From: Patescibacteria group bacterium
GTDB lineage: Bacteria > Patescibacteriota > Patescibacteriia > UBA2591 > JAQWAS01
Length of the DNA: 64,000 nt
NCBI GenBank assembly: GCA_028707495.1
Contig: JAQWAS010000005.1
Span: 1,065-65,064, forward strand
Direction: 5' to 3'
Shown: piece by piece, positions 1-9,061 of the stretch
How positions within the stretch are numbered: the first letter of the stretch is position 1
Layout of the letters: each line of letters opens with the position of its first letter
Made by a program: the position numbers and the translations under genes
Notes under the pieces: model-generated
Database searches by the model: none
Told to the model about the DNA's origin: nothing
What the model saw: only the letters and a program-made list of their open reading frames with translations

Positions 1-981
1 GAAAAAGAACTCAAGCACTACAAGAAACAATTTCGAGGCAAGATTGTTTATTGTAATTGTGATGATCCATACGAGAGCAACTTTTTTAAATACTTCGCAT
101 CCAACTTTAATGCCCTTGGATTAAAAAAGATTATCGCCACGAGTTACAGTGGTTCACCGATTATTGGAGGCCAATTACCTCTATTTCAAATGGCTGGCTC
201 AAAGGGCAAACAACCGCTCAAAATTGAGATTAAAGAAGTGCCAGACATAGATAAAGATGGGGCAATAAACCTTGACGATGTTAAGTATTTGCTCAAACAT
301 GATAAAAACACCGCCACCCCATTAAAAAGTAGCGGCGATTTTCGAAGTGATGAGTGTATAAAACTACTAAAGCAAGCCGATATAGTCGTAACCAATCCGC
401 CGTTTTCTTTGTTCCGTGAATACTTGGCTCAACTGATGGAATACAATAAGAAATTTTTAATTCTCGGCGATCAAAATAACATAACTAAAAAAGACATTTT
501 TAAATTTATAAAGGAAAATAAAGTATGGCTTGGTTACGATAATGGTGGCACAAAGTGGTTCCAGGTGCCAGATGATTATGATATTGCAACCGAGTCAAGA
601 AAAAAAATTGTAAATGGAATCAAGTACTTCAGTATGGGGAGAATTTTGTGGTTTACTAATCTTGAAACTACCAAGCGGCACGAGAATATTGTGTTGTATA
701 AAAAATATGTACCTGAAGAATTTCCTAAGTATGACAACTACAATGCCATTAACATTGACAAGGTTTCCGACATTCCAAAGAATTATAATAGAGTAATGGG
801 TGTTCCGATAACATTTATTGATAAATATAATCCCGAACAGTTTGAACTATTGGGAATTATGAATACAGGCGAAAAAAATATAGGCATAAGATACAAAGGG
901 ACACCACACGGAAGACCGCTTGTGAACGGGGTTGAAAAGTATCTTCGTATTTTAATAAAAATAAAAAAACTAAAAAAATAA
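1..981 (+). CDS. N6-adenine DNA methyltransferase, EcoRI-methylase-like family (5' end outside window)
   Basis: Open frame 1 runs from base 1 with no start (EKELKHYKKQFRGKIVYCNCDDPYESNFFKYF...). NPPF catalytic motif (IVVTNPPFSLFREYL). VYCNCDDP and GVMGVPITF blocks resemble the M.EcoRI family, recalled from memory. Stop at 979-981 overlaps the next start. Confidence 0.65.
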   Translation, partial: EKELKHYKKQFRGKIVYCNCDDPYESNFFKYFASNFNALGLKKIIATSYSGSPIIGGQLPLFQMAGSKGKQPLKIEIKEVPDIDKDGAINLDDVKYLLKHDKNTATPLKSSGDFRSDECIKLLKQADIVVTNPPFSLFREYLAQLMEYNKKFLILGDQNNITKKDIFKFIKENKVWLGYDNGGTKWFQVPDDYDIATESRKKIVNGIKYFSMGRILWFTNLETTKRHENIVLYKKYVPEEFPKYDNYNAINIDKVSDIPKNYNRVMGVPITFIDKYNPEQFELLGIMNTGEKNIGIRYKGTPHGRPLVNGVEKYLRILIKIKKLKK

Positions 982-982
982 T

Positions 983-2089
983 ATGAAAATCGATCTACAT
1001 AAAATCACAATTCGTAAAGTTATAGCTGGCTATAAAGATAGCGCCGAAGAAGGCGTAACGGCGTACGATGACAAATTAAATATTCGTCCAAAATATCAAC
1101 GTGAGTTTGTATACAAGGAAAAACAACGCAATGCAGTAATAGAAACTATCAAAAATAGCTTTCCGCTAAATGTGATGTATTGGATGATTAGAGAAGATGG
1201 CGGTTACGAAGTATTGGACGGACAACAGCGCACAATCAGTATTGGGCAGTATGTTACTGGCGATTTTTCACTGAACGACCGCTTTTTTCATAATTTAACC
1301 AAAGAGGAGCAGGAGAAAATTTTAGATTATGAATTGATGATTTATTTTTGCGAAGGCACGGACAAAGAACGACTGGATTGGTTTAGGATTATCAATATTG
1401 CCGGTGAAAAACTGACTGATCAGGAGATCCGCAATGCGGTTTATACTGGCCCATGGCTCTCGGACGCCAAATTAAAATTCAGCAAATCAAATTGTGTGGC
1501 GTACTTATTGGCAAATGACGGTGGCTCGCTTGTTAGTGGCTCACCAATACGACAAGAATATTTAGAAACAGCACTTTCTTGGATAAATGATGGCAAAATC
1601 GAAGATTACATGGCTAAACACCAGCACGATAAAAGTGCCGATGAGCTATGGGATTATTTTCAAAATGTAATTGCGTGGGCACGAGAGGCTTTTACTAATT
1701 ATCGCCGAGAAATGAGCAATGTGCCTTGGGGCGTGCTATACAACCAATTCAATAGTAAAAAAATTGATTCAAAGAAACTGGAAAAGGAAATAGCAAAGTT
1801 GATGCAGGACGAAGATGTGACTAAAAAATCCGGCATTTATGAATATGTTTTAACTAGAAATGAAAAGTTTTTGAATATACGAGCTTTCACCGAAAAAATG
1901 AAGCGTGAAGCATATGAGAGACAAAAAGGAATTTGTCCGCATTGTAAAGGCAAGAATAAAAAAAAGAAATGGGAAATTGAAGAAATGGAAGCCGACCATA
2001 TAAAGCCTTGGCACGAAGGCGGAAAAACAACTGCAGTAAATTGCCAAATGTTATGCAAACAAGACAATAGAACTAAATCAGGAAAATAA
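983..2089 (+). CDS. DUF262 (ParB/Srx-like, DGQQR motif) protein with C-terminal HNH nuclease motif
   Basis: N-terminal LDGQQR motif typical of DUF262/ParB-like NTPase-nuclease domains. C-terminal CPHCKGKN...ADHIKPWHEGGKTTAVNCQMLCKQDN is an HNH ββα-metal motif with two CxxC pairs. Start is 1 nt after the MTase stop (taatATG). Confidence 0.65.
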   Translation: MKIDLHKITIRKVIAGYKDSAEEGVTAYDDKLNIRPKYQREFVYKEKQRNAVIETIKNSFPLNVMYWMIREDGGYEVLDGQQRTISIGQYVTGDFSLNDRFFHNLTKEEQEKILDYELMIYFCEGTDKERLDWFRIINIAGEKLTDQEIRNAVYTGPWLSDAKLKFSKSNCVAYLLANDGGSLVSGSPIRQEYLETALSWINDGKIEDYMAKHQHDKSADELWDYFQNVIAWAREAFTNYRREMSNVPWGVLYNQFNSKKIDSKKLEKEIAKLMQDEDVTKKSGIYEYVLTRNEKFLNIRAFTEKMKREAYERQKGICPHCKGKNKKKKWEIEEMEADHIKPWHEGGKTTAVNCQMLCKQDNRTKSGK

Positions 2090-2162
2090 AGACAATATAT
2101 TACACCGAATGGAAGAATAAGGTATTTTATCATCCTACTTAAAAAAATTATTATTAAAAACA

Positions 2163-4766
2163 ATGTCAATAATAGCAGACATAATAGATTGGTCTGGTGG
2201 TAAACCAATATTTCTCCAGGAGGCCATTGGACGAATTATCCAAAAAAACGTCTTATCAGATGATGATATTTTAGAATTAACATTAATTTGCAAATCGGAG
2301 CAAGGACTAACAAAATATCAAGGAAATTTAATAGATCTAAAAAAAGTAAAAGAATCTTTAAAAGAGTCCGATGTATCTAACGCTGTTTCTGTGATAAAAA
2401 TTTTTTCGACGGAAAATATAAATGCTTTACAAAACAATTCTGAAATAGATATTGAAGAAAAAGGATTAACGGTTATATATGGTGACAATGGATCGGGAAA
2501 ATCTAGTTATGTCAGTATATTGAAACAAGTTTGCAACACGAGAGGAAGTATTCCCACAATTAATAAAAACCTTTTTATTGGATCTGCCGCGCAACAAAAT
2601 CAAAAAGCCAAAATACAGTACAAAACAGGAGAAAATGTGGCTTCGGTTACTTGGGAAAACAACAATTCAGACAGTAACATATTGAAGGCAGTGCACATAT
2701 ACGACACAAAAAGTGCAAGTTCTTATATTGAAGATGAAGATGAAATCGCTTTTATCCCTTCGGGTTTATTAATCGTAGAACAACTCGCCAATGTATGTAA
2801 TAGGATTGAAGAAAATCTCAGAAAAGAAATAGGACAAATAGAATCAAGAAAACTTGATTATTCATTTTTAATTAATGAAGAAGGTAATGGAATTCAAACT
2901 TTTTTAAAAAACCTTAGTGCAAGAAGTGATCTAAAAACATTAGACAATATCTCAAATTTTACGACTGACGATGAAAAGTTGCTAAAAGCAACAGAACAAG
3001 AAATCGCAAAATTAAAAACACTAGATCCTGCTCAAAAAATATCTGAAAATAATAAAATTATATCTCGTTTTAACTCTCTAAAAGCAAGGTACGAGCAGAT
3101 ACTATCTAAATTATCTATTGAAAAAATTGAAGAAATAAAAAAAGACGTTCTAAAGAGCACTGAACTTCAAAGCGCAAGCAAAGCTCTCACCGAACAAACC
3201 TTTTCGGATTTACCACTGAAAAGTATTGGGTCTCAACCATGGAAAGTATTATGGGAAAGCGCAAAGAGATTTTATCAATATTCTGAATCAAAAAATTTTC
3301 CTGACCACGACGAAAGCTCAGTGTGCCCTCTTTGTTTACAAAATTTAAGTGATGAGGCAAAAGAAAGATTTAAAAATCTCGAGGCATTCGTACAGTCAGA
3401 TATACAAAATCAAATAAACGCCATTGGGATTAAATTGCGTCAGTCAAGTCAAGAAATTTCGAGTATTAATTTGAATTTTTCGGAAATTGAAACCACCCTT
3501 AATGAACTCGATGAAATATCTAGTAATTTTAAGCAACGGCACGCAAATCAAATAGATACAATTAATAAGTACGTAATTTCTGTAATGAACTTACTTGCAG
3601 GACGAGAAAGCCCTGGGTCATTTAATGCGCAAGAGCTATCTATAGATCTGATTGAAGTAATAAAGAAAATTGTAGAAAAAATTGAGGAAGAAAATAAGAC
3701 GCTGTTACAAAAATCATATCAAAAAGACCTTGAAGCACAAGCAAAGACTCTTTCATTGCTAAAATCTAAAAAAGATTTATCTGAAAATAAAGAAAAAATA
3801 AAAGACGAGATAAAAAGACAACGTTTTGTAGATGGTCTATTTTTATGTATACGAACTTGCAACACGAGACATATTTCAATTTTAAGCAACACATTATCAG
3901 AACAGTACATCACAGAAACGCTCAAAAATAACTTTACAGATGAACTAAAAAGACTTGGTTTTACTGGAGTAGAAATAGTTACATCAACTCGAAGTAGAAG
4001 CGGAAAACAATATCATTTTCTTGAATTAGATTCATCATATGGAAGTAACGCGAACTTGAAGGAAATACTAAGCGAGGGAGAACACAGATGTATTTCTTTG
4101 GCTACGTTTTTGTCGGAACTTTCCATTTCAGGACATAAATCTTCAATTATATTTGATGATCCGGTCTCTTCTCTAGATCATAAATGGCGAAAAAAAATTG
4201 CTAAAAGAATTGTAGAAGAATCACAGGAAAGACAGGTTATTGTTTTTACACATGACATTACTTTTTTAATGAACCTTCAAGAGTTTGATGACGAAATAAA
4301 AATCCAAAGCTTGACTAGAAAAAAATTTGAAACTGGCATATCCTCAAAAAATCCACCATGGGATGCATTATCTACAAAAAATAGAATCAAAATATTAAAG
4401 GAATACTTACAGCAATTAGAAGAGGCCAAAAATACTGAAACAGAAGAAATTTATAAAGAAAAATCTAAAGTATTTTATGGACAACTTCGTGAAGCATGGG
4501 AAAGATGTATTGAGGAGGTTGTTTTGAATGAATCTGTACAAAGATTTGGTCGTTCTATACAAACTAAACGACTAGAAAAAGTTGTTGATTTAACGGAGGA
4601 AGACTATAAAATTATTGAAGATAATATGGAAGAATGTTCAACTTATCTTACGGGCCATGATAGTGCAGGAGAATTAATTGAAGAGGCGCCCACAATTGAA
4701 GAAACAAAAAATGACTTAGCCGCTTTAGAAATTTTTACAAAAACCATACACAAGAGAAGACAATAA
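2163..4766 (+). CDS. RloC/PrrC-like ABC ATPase with coiled-coil zinc hook (putative anticodon-nuclease / abortive-infection protein)
   Basis: Walker A LTVIYGDNGSGKSS near N-terminus. Long charged, coiled-coil-like middle with SSVCPLCLQNL (CxxC zinc hook as in Rad50/RloC). Walker B/D-loop SIIFDDPVSSLD and H-loop VFTHD at ~aa 650-690. ~190-aa C-terminal tail with R..E..H-type residues. Located in an R-M context. Confidence 0.5.
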   Translation: MSIIADIIDWSGGKPIFLQEAIGRIIQKNVLSDDDILELTLICKSEQGLTKYQGNLIDLKKVKESLKESDVSNAVSVIKIFSTENINALQNNSEIDIEEKGLTVIYGDNGSGKSSYVSILKQVCNTRGSIPTINKNLFIGSAAQQNQKAKIQYKTGENVASVTWENNNSDSNILKAVHIYDTKSASSYIEDEDEIAFIPSGLLIVEQLANVCNRIEENLRKEIGQIESRKLDYSFLINEEGNGIQTFLKNLSARSDLKTLDNISNFTTDDEKLLKATEQEIAKLKTLDPAQKISENNKIISRFNSLKARYEQILSKLSIEKIEEIKKDVLKSTELQSASKALTEQTFSDLPLKSIGSQPWKVLWESAKRFYQYSESKNFPDHDESSVCPLCLQNLSDEAKERFKNLEAFVQSDIQNQINAIGIKLRQSSQEISSINLNFSEIETTLNELDEISSNFKQRHANQIDTINKYVISVMNLLAGRESPGSFNAQELSIDLIEVIKKIVEKIEEENKTLLQKSYQKDLEAQAKTLSLLKSKKDLSENKEKIKDEIKRQRFVDGLFLCIRTCNTRHISILSNTLSEQYITETLKNNFTDELKRLGFTGVEIVTSTRSRSGKQYHFLELDSSYGSNANLKEILSEGEHRCISLATFLSELSISGHKSSIIFDDPVSSLDHKWRKKIAKRIVEESQERQVIVFTHDITFLMNLQEFDDEIKIQSLTRKKFETGISSKNPPWDALSTKNRIKILKEYLQQLEEAKNTETEEIYKEKSKVFYGQLREAWERCIEEVVLNESVQRFGRSIQTKRLEKVVDLTEEDYKIIEDNMEECSTYLTGHDSAGELIEEAPTIEETKNDLAALEIFTKTIHKRRQ

Positions 4767-4892
4767 GGAGTTTTGGGCTACGGGCATTCACCCCTTTAAT
4801 TCCCCTCTGCCCTTCGCCCAAAACGGAAAAAGAAATTTTAAAATTTTTTAAAACAATTCCGACTGCTGTCGGATAAAAGAAAAGGAATACAT

Positions 4893-4996
4893 CAGCTAAC
4901 ACGGCATATCTGGTTACGGTTCGCCTCCGGCGAGCCTCCACCCATATTTTACTTCGCTTCGCTCTGTAAAACATCAGATATGCCGAAACGTTATAC
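4893..4996 (+). repeat. attC-like structured palindrome A (R'' agctaac, L'' ggcatatctg ... L' cagatatgcc, spacer gaaac, R' gttatacg)
   Basis: Perfect 10-bp inner inverted repeat 4902-4911 / 4974-4983. Outer TAAC/GTTA cores. Asymmetric spacers (2 vs 5 nt). ~60-nt variable centre. Lies between RloC-like stop and HD gene start. Confidence 0.5.
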
Positions 4997-5059
4997 GAAA
5001 TTCACTCCGCCCCACCTCAAAGACAAACTTTTATAAAATAGCTTAAATCTATCTAAAAT

Positions 5060-5731
5060 ATGGATCAAAAATTTCAAAAAATCAAAGAAGCTGTAGAAAA
5101 GGAACTTTCCTGTTCTGCTCACAATATGGATCATGTAATGAGAGTTTATAATCTTTCTTTGCATCTTGCTGAAAATAAAGATATTGATTTAGATGTTCTC
5201 AAAGCATCTGCTTTATTACATGATATCGCAAGAGTCAAAGAAGATAATGATCATACTGGAAAAACCGATCATGCAATCTTAAGCTCTGAAATGGCAGTGC
5301 CAATTTTAAAAGAACTTGATTTTTCAGAAGAACAAATTAAGCACATTCAAGATTGCATAATCTCACACAGATACAGAACAGGAAATGAAGCTAAAACCAA
5401 AGAAGCTCAAATTCTATTTGACGCAGATAAATTAGACACTCTTGGTGCAATCGGAATTGCAAGAAGTTTTGTCTGGGTTGGAAGAAATAACGCCAAAATT
5501 TATACAGATACCAATATTGAAAAATATATAGATGAAAATTTAGGCGGAAAAATAAACGGAAGAATCCAAGACAAAACTAAACATAGTCCGCAAATAGAAT
5601 TTGAAACGAAATTGAAATTTTTGATCACTAAGTTGCATACTGATAAAGCTAAAGAAGTATGCAAAGAAAGAATTGAATTTTATAAAAGTTTTTTAGATAG
5701 ATTAAAAAGCGAAATTAATGGTGAACTATAA
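5060..5731 (+). CDS. HD-domain metal-dependent phosphohydrolase
   Basis: H...HD...H...D pattern (SAHNMDHVMRV, ALLHDIARV, ISHRYRTG, FDADKLD). Confidence 0.7.
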   Translation: MDQKFQKIKEAVEKELSCSAHNMDHVMRVYNLSLHLAENKDIDLDVLKASALLHDIARVKEDNDHTGKTDHAILSSEMAVPILKELDFSEEQIKHIQDCIISHRYRTGNEAKTKEAQILFDADKLDTLGAIGIARSFVWVGRNNAKIYTDTNIEKYIDENLGGKINGRIQDKTKHSPQIEFETKLKFLITKLHTDKAKEVCKERIEFYKSFLDRLKSEINGEL

Positions 5732-5796
5732 AACGGTGGGGCTCCGTGAACTCAAGGGGACGCTGCGCTTTCACTCCACTTCGTTTCGTTCACCCT

Positions 5797-5898
5797 CGTA
5801 TAACAAGGGATAAAAGGAAAATTGCTCGGCTCGCAATTTTCCCAAATTTTTCTTTCACTCCGTTCCAGAAAAACTTCTTTTATCCCCGATGTTATACG
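5797..5898 (+). repeat. attC-like structured palindrome B (R'' cgtataac ... R' gttatacg)
   Basis: 5' arm cgtataacaagggataaaagg pairs with 3' arm ccttttatccccgatgttatacg. This gives a 9-bp outer stem, a 2/3-nt asymmetric internal loop and a 10-bp inner stem. Central hairpin aaaattgc/gcaatttt. Confidence 0.5.
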
Positions 5899-5930
5899 AA
5901 ATAATTAAATTCTTTTGGCTATCGCCAAAA

Positions 5931-5960
5931 ATTATTGGGGCAAATTTTTATTTTATTTTT
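5931..5960. repeat. Left copy of perfect 30-bp inverted repeat attattggggcaaatttttattttattttt
   Basis: Exact reverse complement present at 7644-7673. The pair brackets three plus-strand membrane ORFs (5967-7635). Confidence 0.8.
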
Positions 5961-5966
5961 TAGAAC

Positions 5967-7019
5967 ATGAACAAAAACCAAATCATAACATTATCAGGAT
6001 ATAGTATCATCCATGGGATTATAGACCTATGCTGTGCAGTGGTTGTTTTTAGTACATTACTATATCATGGTTATGATGCAAAAGATGTCTTTATTTTTGT
6101 CGTGGCTTACAATGTAATAGCTTTTGGACTACAAGCACCTTTTGGATTTTTAGTGGATAGATATCAAGTCCCCAAAGAAAGCGCTTTAATTGGTTGTATT
6201 TTAGTTTTATCTTCTTTTTTTATATTTAGTATACCTGCTTTGGTTATAATATTATCAGGATTAGGAAATGCTTTTTTTCATGTTGGCGGAGGAAGTATCA
6301 GTTTAAATTTTAATCCAACCAAAGCAACTGCACCGGGGATTTTTGTTGCGCCGGGCGCGCTAGGGCTAACAATCGGAATCATGGTTGGTAAAAGCGGATC
6401 ATTTATTTCTTGGCCTTTTGTTTTATTGCTTATTGCTTCATGTCTATTTATTATCTCTAGAAAAATCCCAGAAATTAACTATCAAAAAATATCGGCCAAA
6501 CCAAAAATTAAGTACTTTGAATTAATTATCATATTGCTTTTACTTTCTGTCGCAATAAGGGCTCTTTATGGCTTAGCCGCCGCTTGGAAAACTGACTTTA
6601 ACTTATTATTGATTTTGACCTTTGCAATAGTCGCTGGCAAGGCATTAGGTGGAATTTTTGCTGATAAGTTTGGATGGATAAAAACCGCAATTTTTGCGTT
6701 GGTAGTTTCAGCTCCCTTGCTTGCTTTTTTCCAAAGTTCACCAATACTAGCTATAACTGGTGCATTTTTATTTCAAATGACCATGCCAATAACATTAACT
6801 GCTCTATCGAACATGCTTCCAGGCAGATCAGCCACTGCTTTTGGTTTAACGGTTTTAGCTTTGATTATAGGCGTTATTCCTACTTACATTGGAGCCAAGC
6901 CATTTTTAAACAATCAATGGATAACTCTTGCAATTGTAGCCATATCTGCAAGTTCGCTACTAATTAGTTTCAAATTTTTGTATAATTATTTCAAAGGTCA
7001 ACTTAAAATTAATTTATAA
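5967..7019 (+). CDS. Polytopic membrane protein, MFS-transporter-like
   Basis: 350 aa, ~10-11 hydrophobic helices, G-rich helix motifs (GAFLFQMTMPITLTALSNMLPGRSATAFG). Confidence 0.45.
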   Translation: MNKNQIITLSGYSIIHGIIDLCCAVVVFSTLLYHGYDAKDVFIFVVAYNVIAFGLQAPFGFLVDRYQVPKESALIGCILVLSSFFIFSIPALVIILSGLGNAFFHVGGGSISLNFNPTKATAPGIFVAPGALGLTIGIMVGKSGSFISWPFVLLLIASCLFIISRKIPEINYQKISAKPKIKYFELIIILLLLSVAIRALYGLAAAWKTDFNLLLILTFAIVAGKALGGIFADKFGWIKTAIFALVVSAPLLAFFQSSPILAITGAFLFQMTMPITLTALSNMLPGRSATAFGLTVLALIIGVIPTYIGAKPFLNNQWITLAIVAISASSLLISFKFLYNYFKGQLKINL

Positions 7020-7036
7020 TTTAATCAAAATAGCTT

Positions 7037-7291
7037 ATGAAAAAAATCAAAACAGTCTTAATAACCCTTTCCTTCTTCGCAGTTTCATCGCTAATGTTTG
7101 CACAAAATGCGCTAGCGGATTTACTGCCTCCTCCTGATGGCGGATGGGACACTCCAAGCAGACCAAACATCAATCCAGAACCAAAAACTTTTATTGATTT
7201 AATTGAACCACAACATATTGTTATTGGCGGAGCAGTTTTGGCTGTAGTAATAATATCTTTTGTAGTGCTCTTTAAAATGAGAAAAAAATGA
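7037..7291 (+). CDS. Small secreted protein with C-terminal TM anchor
   Basis: Signal peptide MKKIKTVLITLSFFAVSSLMFAQNALA, proline-rich segment, C-terminal hydrophobic helix + KMRKK. Confidence 0.4.
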   Translation: MKKIKTVLITLSFFAVSSLMFAQNALADLLPPPDGGWDTPSRPNINPEPKTFIDLIEPQHIVIGGAVLAVVIISFVVLFKMRKK

Positions 7292-7635
7292 GATTAGAAT
7301 ACTATTTTCTAGCTCTAATTTTAACTCTAATAATTGAGCTATCCATAGCTTATGTTTTTGGATTTAGGAGTAAAAAAAACATTGTTACGATTATTTTTGC
7401 TAATTTCATAACACACCCCTTGCTTTGTTATTTTTTATGGATGAATTCAGTTATCTTTGTTATTCCAATTAATTACATTTCAATTATTGTTTTAGAGGTA
7501 TTGGTTGCATTATTAGAATCAGCTCTATTATTTTTAGCACTAAAACAAAAATACTTAGATATGTTAAAATTATCATTTGGTATAAACATAGTATCTTTTC
7601 TTGTTGGTTTATTAATATTCAAAAATAATTTTTAA
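7288..7635 (+). CDS. Small integral membrane protein
   Basis: 115 aa, 3-4 hydrophobic segments. Start overlaps the previous stop (ATGA). Confidence 0.4.
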   Translation: MRLEYYFLALILTLIIELSIAYVFGFRSKKNIVTIIFANFITHPLLCYFLWMNSVIFVIPINYISIIVLEVLVALLESALLFLALKQKYLDMLKLSFGINIVSFLVGLLIFKNNF

Positions 7636-7643
7636 ATAAGGAA

Positions 7644-7673
7644 AAATAAAATAAAAATTTGCCCCAATAATAA
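7644..7673. repeat. Right copy (inverted) of 30-bp perfect repeat
   Basis: aaaaataaaataaaaatttgccccaataat is the reverse complement of 5931-5960. Confidence 0.8.
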
Positions 7674-7683
7674 CTCGCTATCG

Positions 7684-7772
7684 CTCGTTGAATTTAATTA
7701 CATCATATAACAGCGTGTATGAGGCTACGGCTTTTTACAAAAGCCTTCGCCCAAATTGCTTCGCAACTTCTC
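7684..7772 (+). repeat. attC-like structured palindrome C (R'' catataac ... R' gttatacg)
   Basis: 5' arm catataacagcgtgtatgagg vs 3' arm ctcatacgcgcgaacgttatacg. Central hairpin ggcttttt-aca-aaaagcc. Confidence 0.5.
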
Positions 7773-7846
7773 ATACGCGCGAACGTTATACGTCGTAATA
7801 AAAATCCTCCTTATATTTTTTAATAATTTTGGTAACTTATAAAATT

Positions 7847-8086
7847 ATGAAAACACTAGAACAAAGAGAACCGCAATCAACACCAAATCAAGAATTAGAC
7901 AATCTTAAAAAAGAATTGGAAGAAAAAGGATATGTCGTGACAGAAACATCCCAACGTGGACAAAAGACTGATGTTACTATAAAAAATGATCTTGGTCAGG
8001 AAGGTAGTGGTGAAGGATATACATACGAAACAGCGCTTAAAAAAGCAATAACAGCTTTAGATTACATTATAAAAAATAAACTATAA
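7847..8086 (+). CDS. HicB-like / UPF0150-fold small protein (possible antitoxin-type)
   Basis: LGQEGSGEGYTYETALKKAITAL resembles the G.G.T.EEAL.NA.EA signature of HicB/UPF0150. The ORF-track start at 7829 uses TTG; the first ATG is 7847. Confidence 0.4.
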   Translation: MKTLEQREPQSTPNQELDNLKKELEEKGYVVTETSQRGQKTDVTIKNDLGQEGSGEGYTYETALKKAITALDYIIKNKL

Positions 8087-8111
8087 AAAAAGGAATCGAC
8101 TTTTTATTACG

Positions 8112-8186
8112 ACGTATAACACCGCATATCCAACATACTTTTTCACTCCATTCAAAAGTACGTCGGATCATGCAGAAACGTTGTGC
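8112..8186 (+). repeat. attC-like structured palindrome D (R'' cgtataac ... R' gttgtgcg)
   Basis: 5' arm cgtataacaccgcatatcc vs 3' arm ggatcatgcagaaacgttgtgcgac. Inner stem has one bulged C. Spacers 1 vs 4 nt. Confidence 0.5.
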
Positions 8187-8310
8187 GACATACATTTTTT
8201 ATCTCTTCTACAATTGAAAGTCAGAATTGAAATCAGGAAACAAAACAAGATTTTTGATTTTTAAGGAGGGGAATAAGGAACTTTTTTATCTAAATTAATG
8301 AAAAAAATTA

Positions 8311-8964
8311 ATGAAAAAAAATTTAGGAGTTATAAAAAACGGTTTATTCACAGGGTTTGTAATTCAATTGGCAATTGGACCAATCTTCTTTTTTGTGATT
8401 AATCTTACTCTTCAGAAAACCATTCTTGATGGGCTAATGGGAGTTTTTGCGGCGACAATTGTTGGATACATTTACATTGCTCTTTCTGCTTTTGGTATCG
8501 GAAAATTGCTCGAAAATAAAAAAACAAGTAAAATATTTGCAGCAATTAGTTCAATTGTTCTAATAATTTTTGGAGGAATAATTATAAAAGGAGCTTTAAG
8601 TAGCGGAGTTTCTGATAGTGTGATCAATACATCAAGTCTTTTTTCTAGCTTTACATCCGTTTTTTTACTTGCGATTTCTAATCCATTGAGCATTGTCTTT
8701 TTTACAAGTCTGTTTTCAACAAAAGCAATTGAATATAATTATACGAAAAAAGAACTGTATTTTTTTGGTCTAGGGACTGGATTATCAACTTTGATATTTA
8801 TGGGTGGTGCTGTTTTGATTTTTTCTTTACTCAAAGGCACAATACCAACAATTGTTATGCAAATACTGAACATAATTGTAGGAATTCTAATAATCGGATA
8901 TGGTACAATGAGATTGGTAAAACTTTTGAAAGAAAATAGGTTGGCTCGCAAAATTCACCCCTAA
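8311..8964 (+). CDS. LysE/RhtB-type small-molecule exporter (6-TM)
   Basis: 217 aa, six hydrophobic helices, N-terminal AIGPIFFFVINLTLQ resembles the LysE/RhtB family. Confidence 0.45.
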   Translation: MKKNLGVIKNGLFTGFVIQLAIGPIFFFVINLTLQKTILDGLMGVFAATIVGYIYIALSAFGIGKLLENKKTSKIFAAISSIVLIIFGGIIIKGALSSGVSDSVINTSSLFSSFTSVFLLAISNPLSIVFFTSLFSTKAIEYNYTKKELYFFGLGTGLSTLIFMGGAVLIFSLLKGTIPTIVMQILNIIVGILIIGYGTMRLVKLLKENRLARKIHP

Positions 8965-9061
8965 CCCCTCTTTTGCTCGCCAAATGGAAAAAATCTTGTT
9001 TTGTTTGGCTTGAAAAATAAGGTCTAGATTGTAATTCACGAGATAAAAAATGTACTAAACC

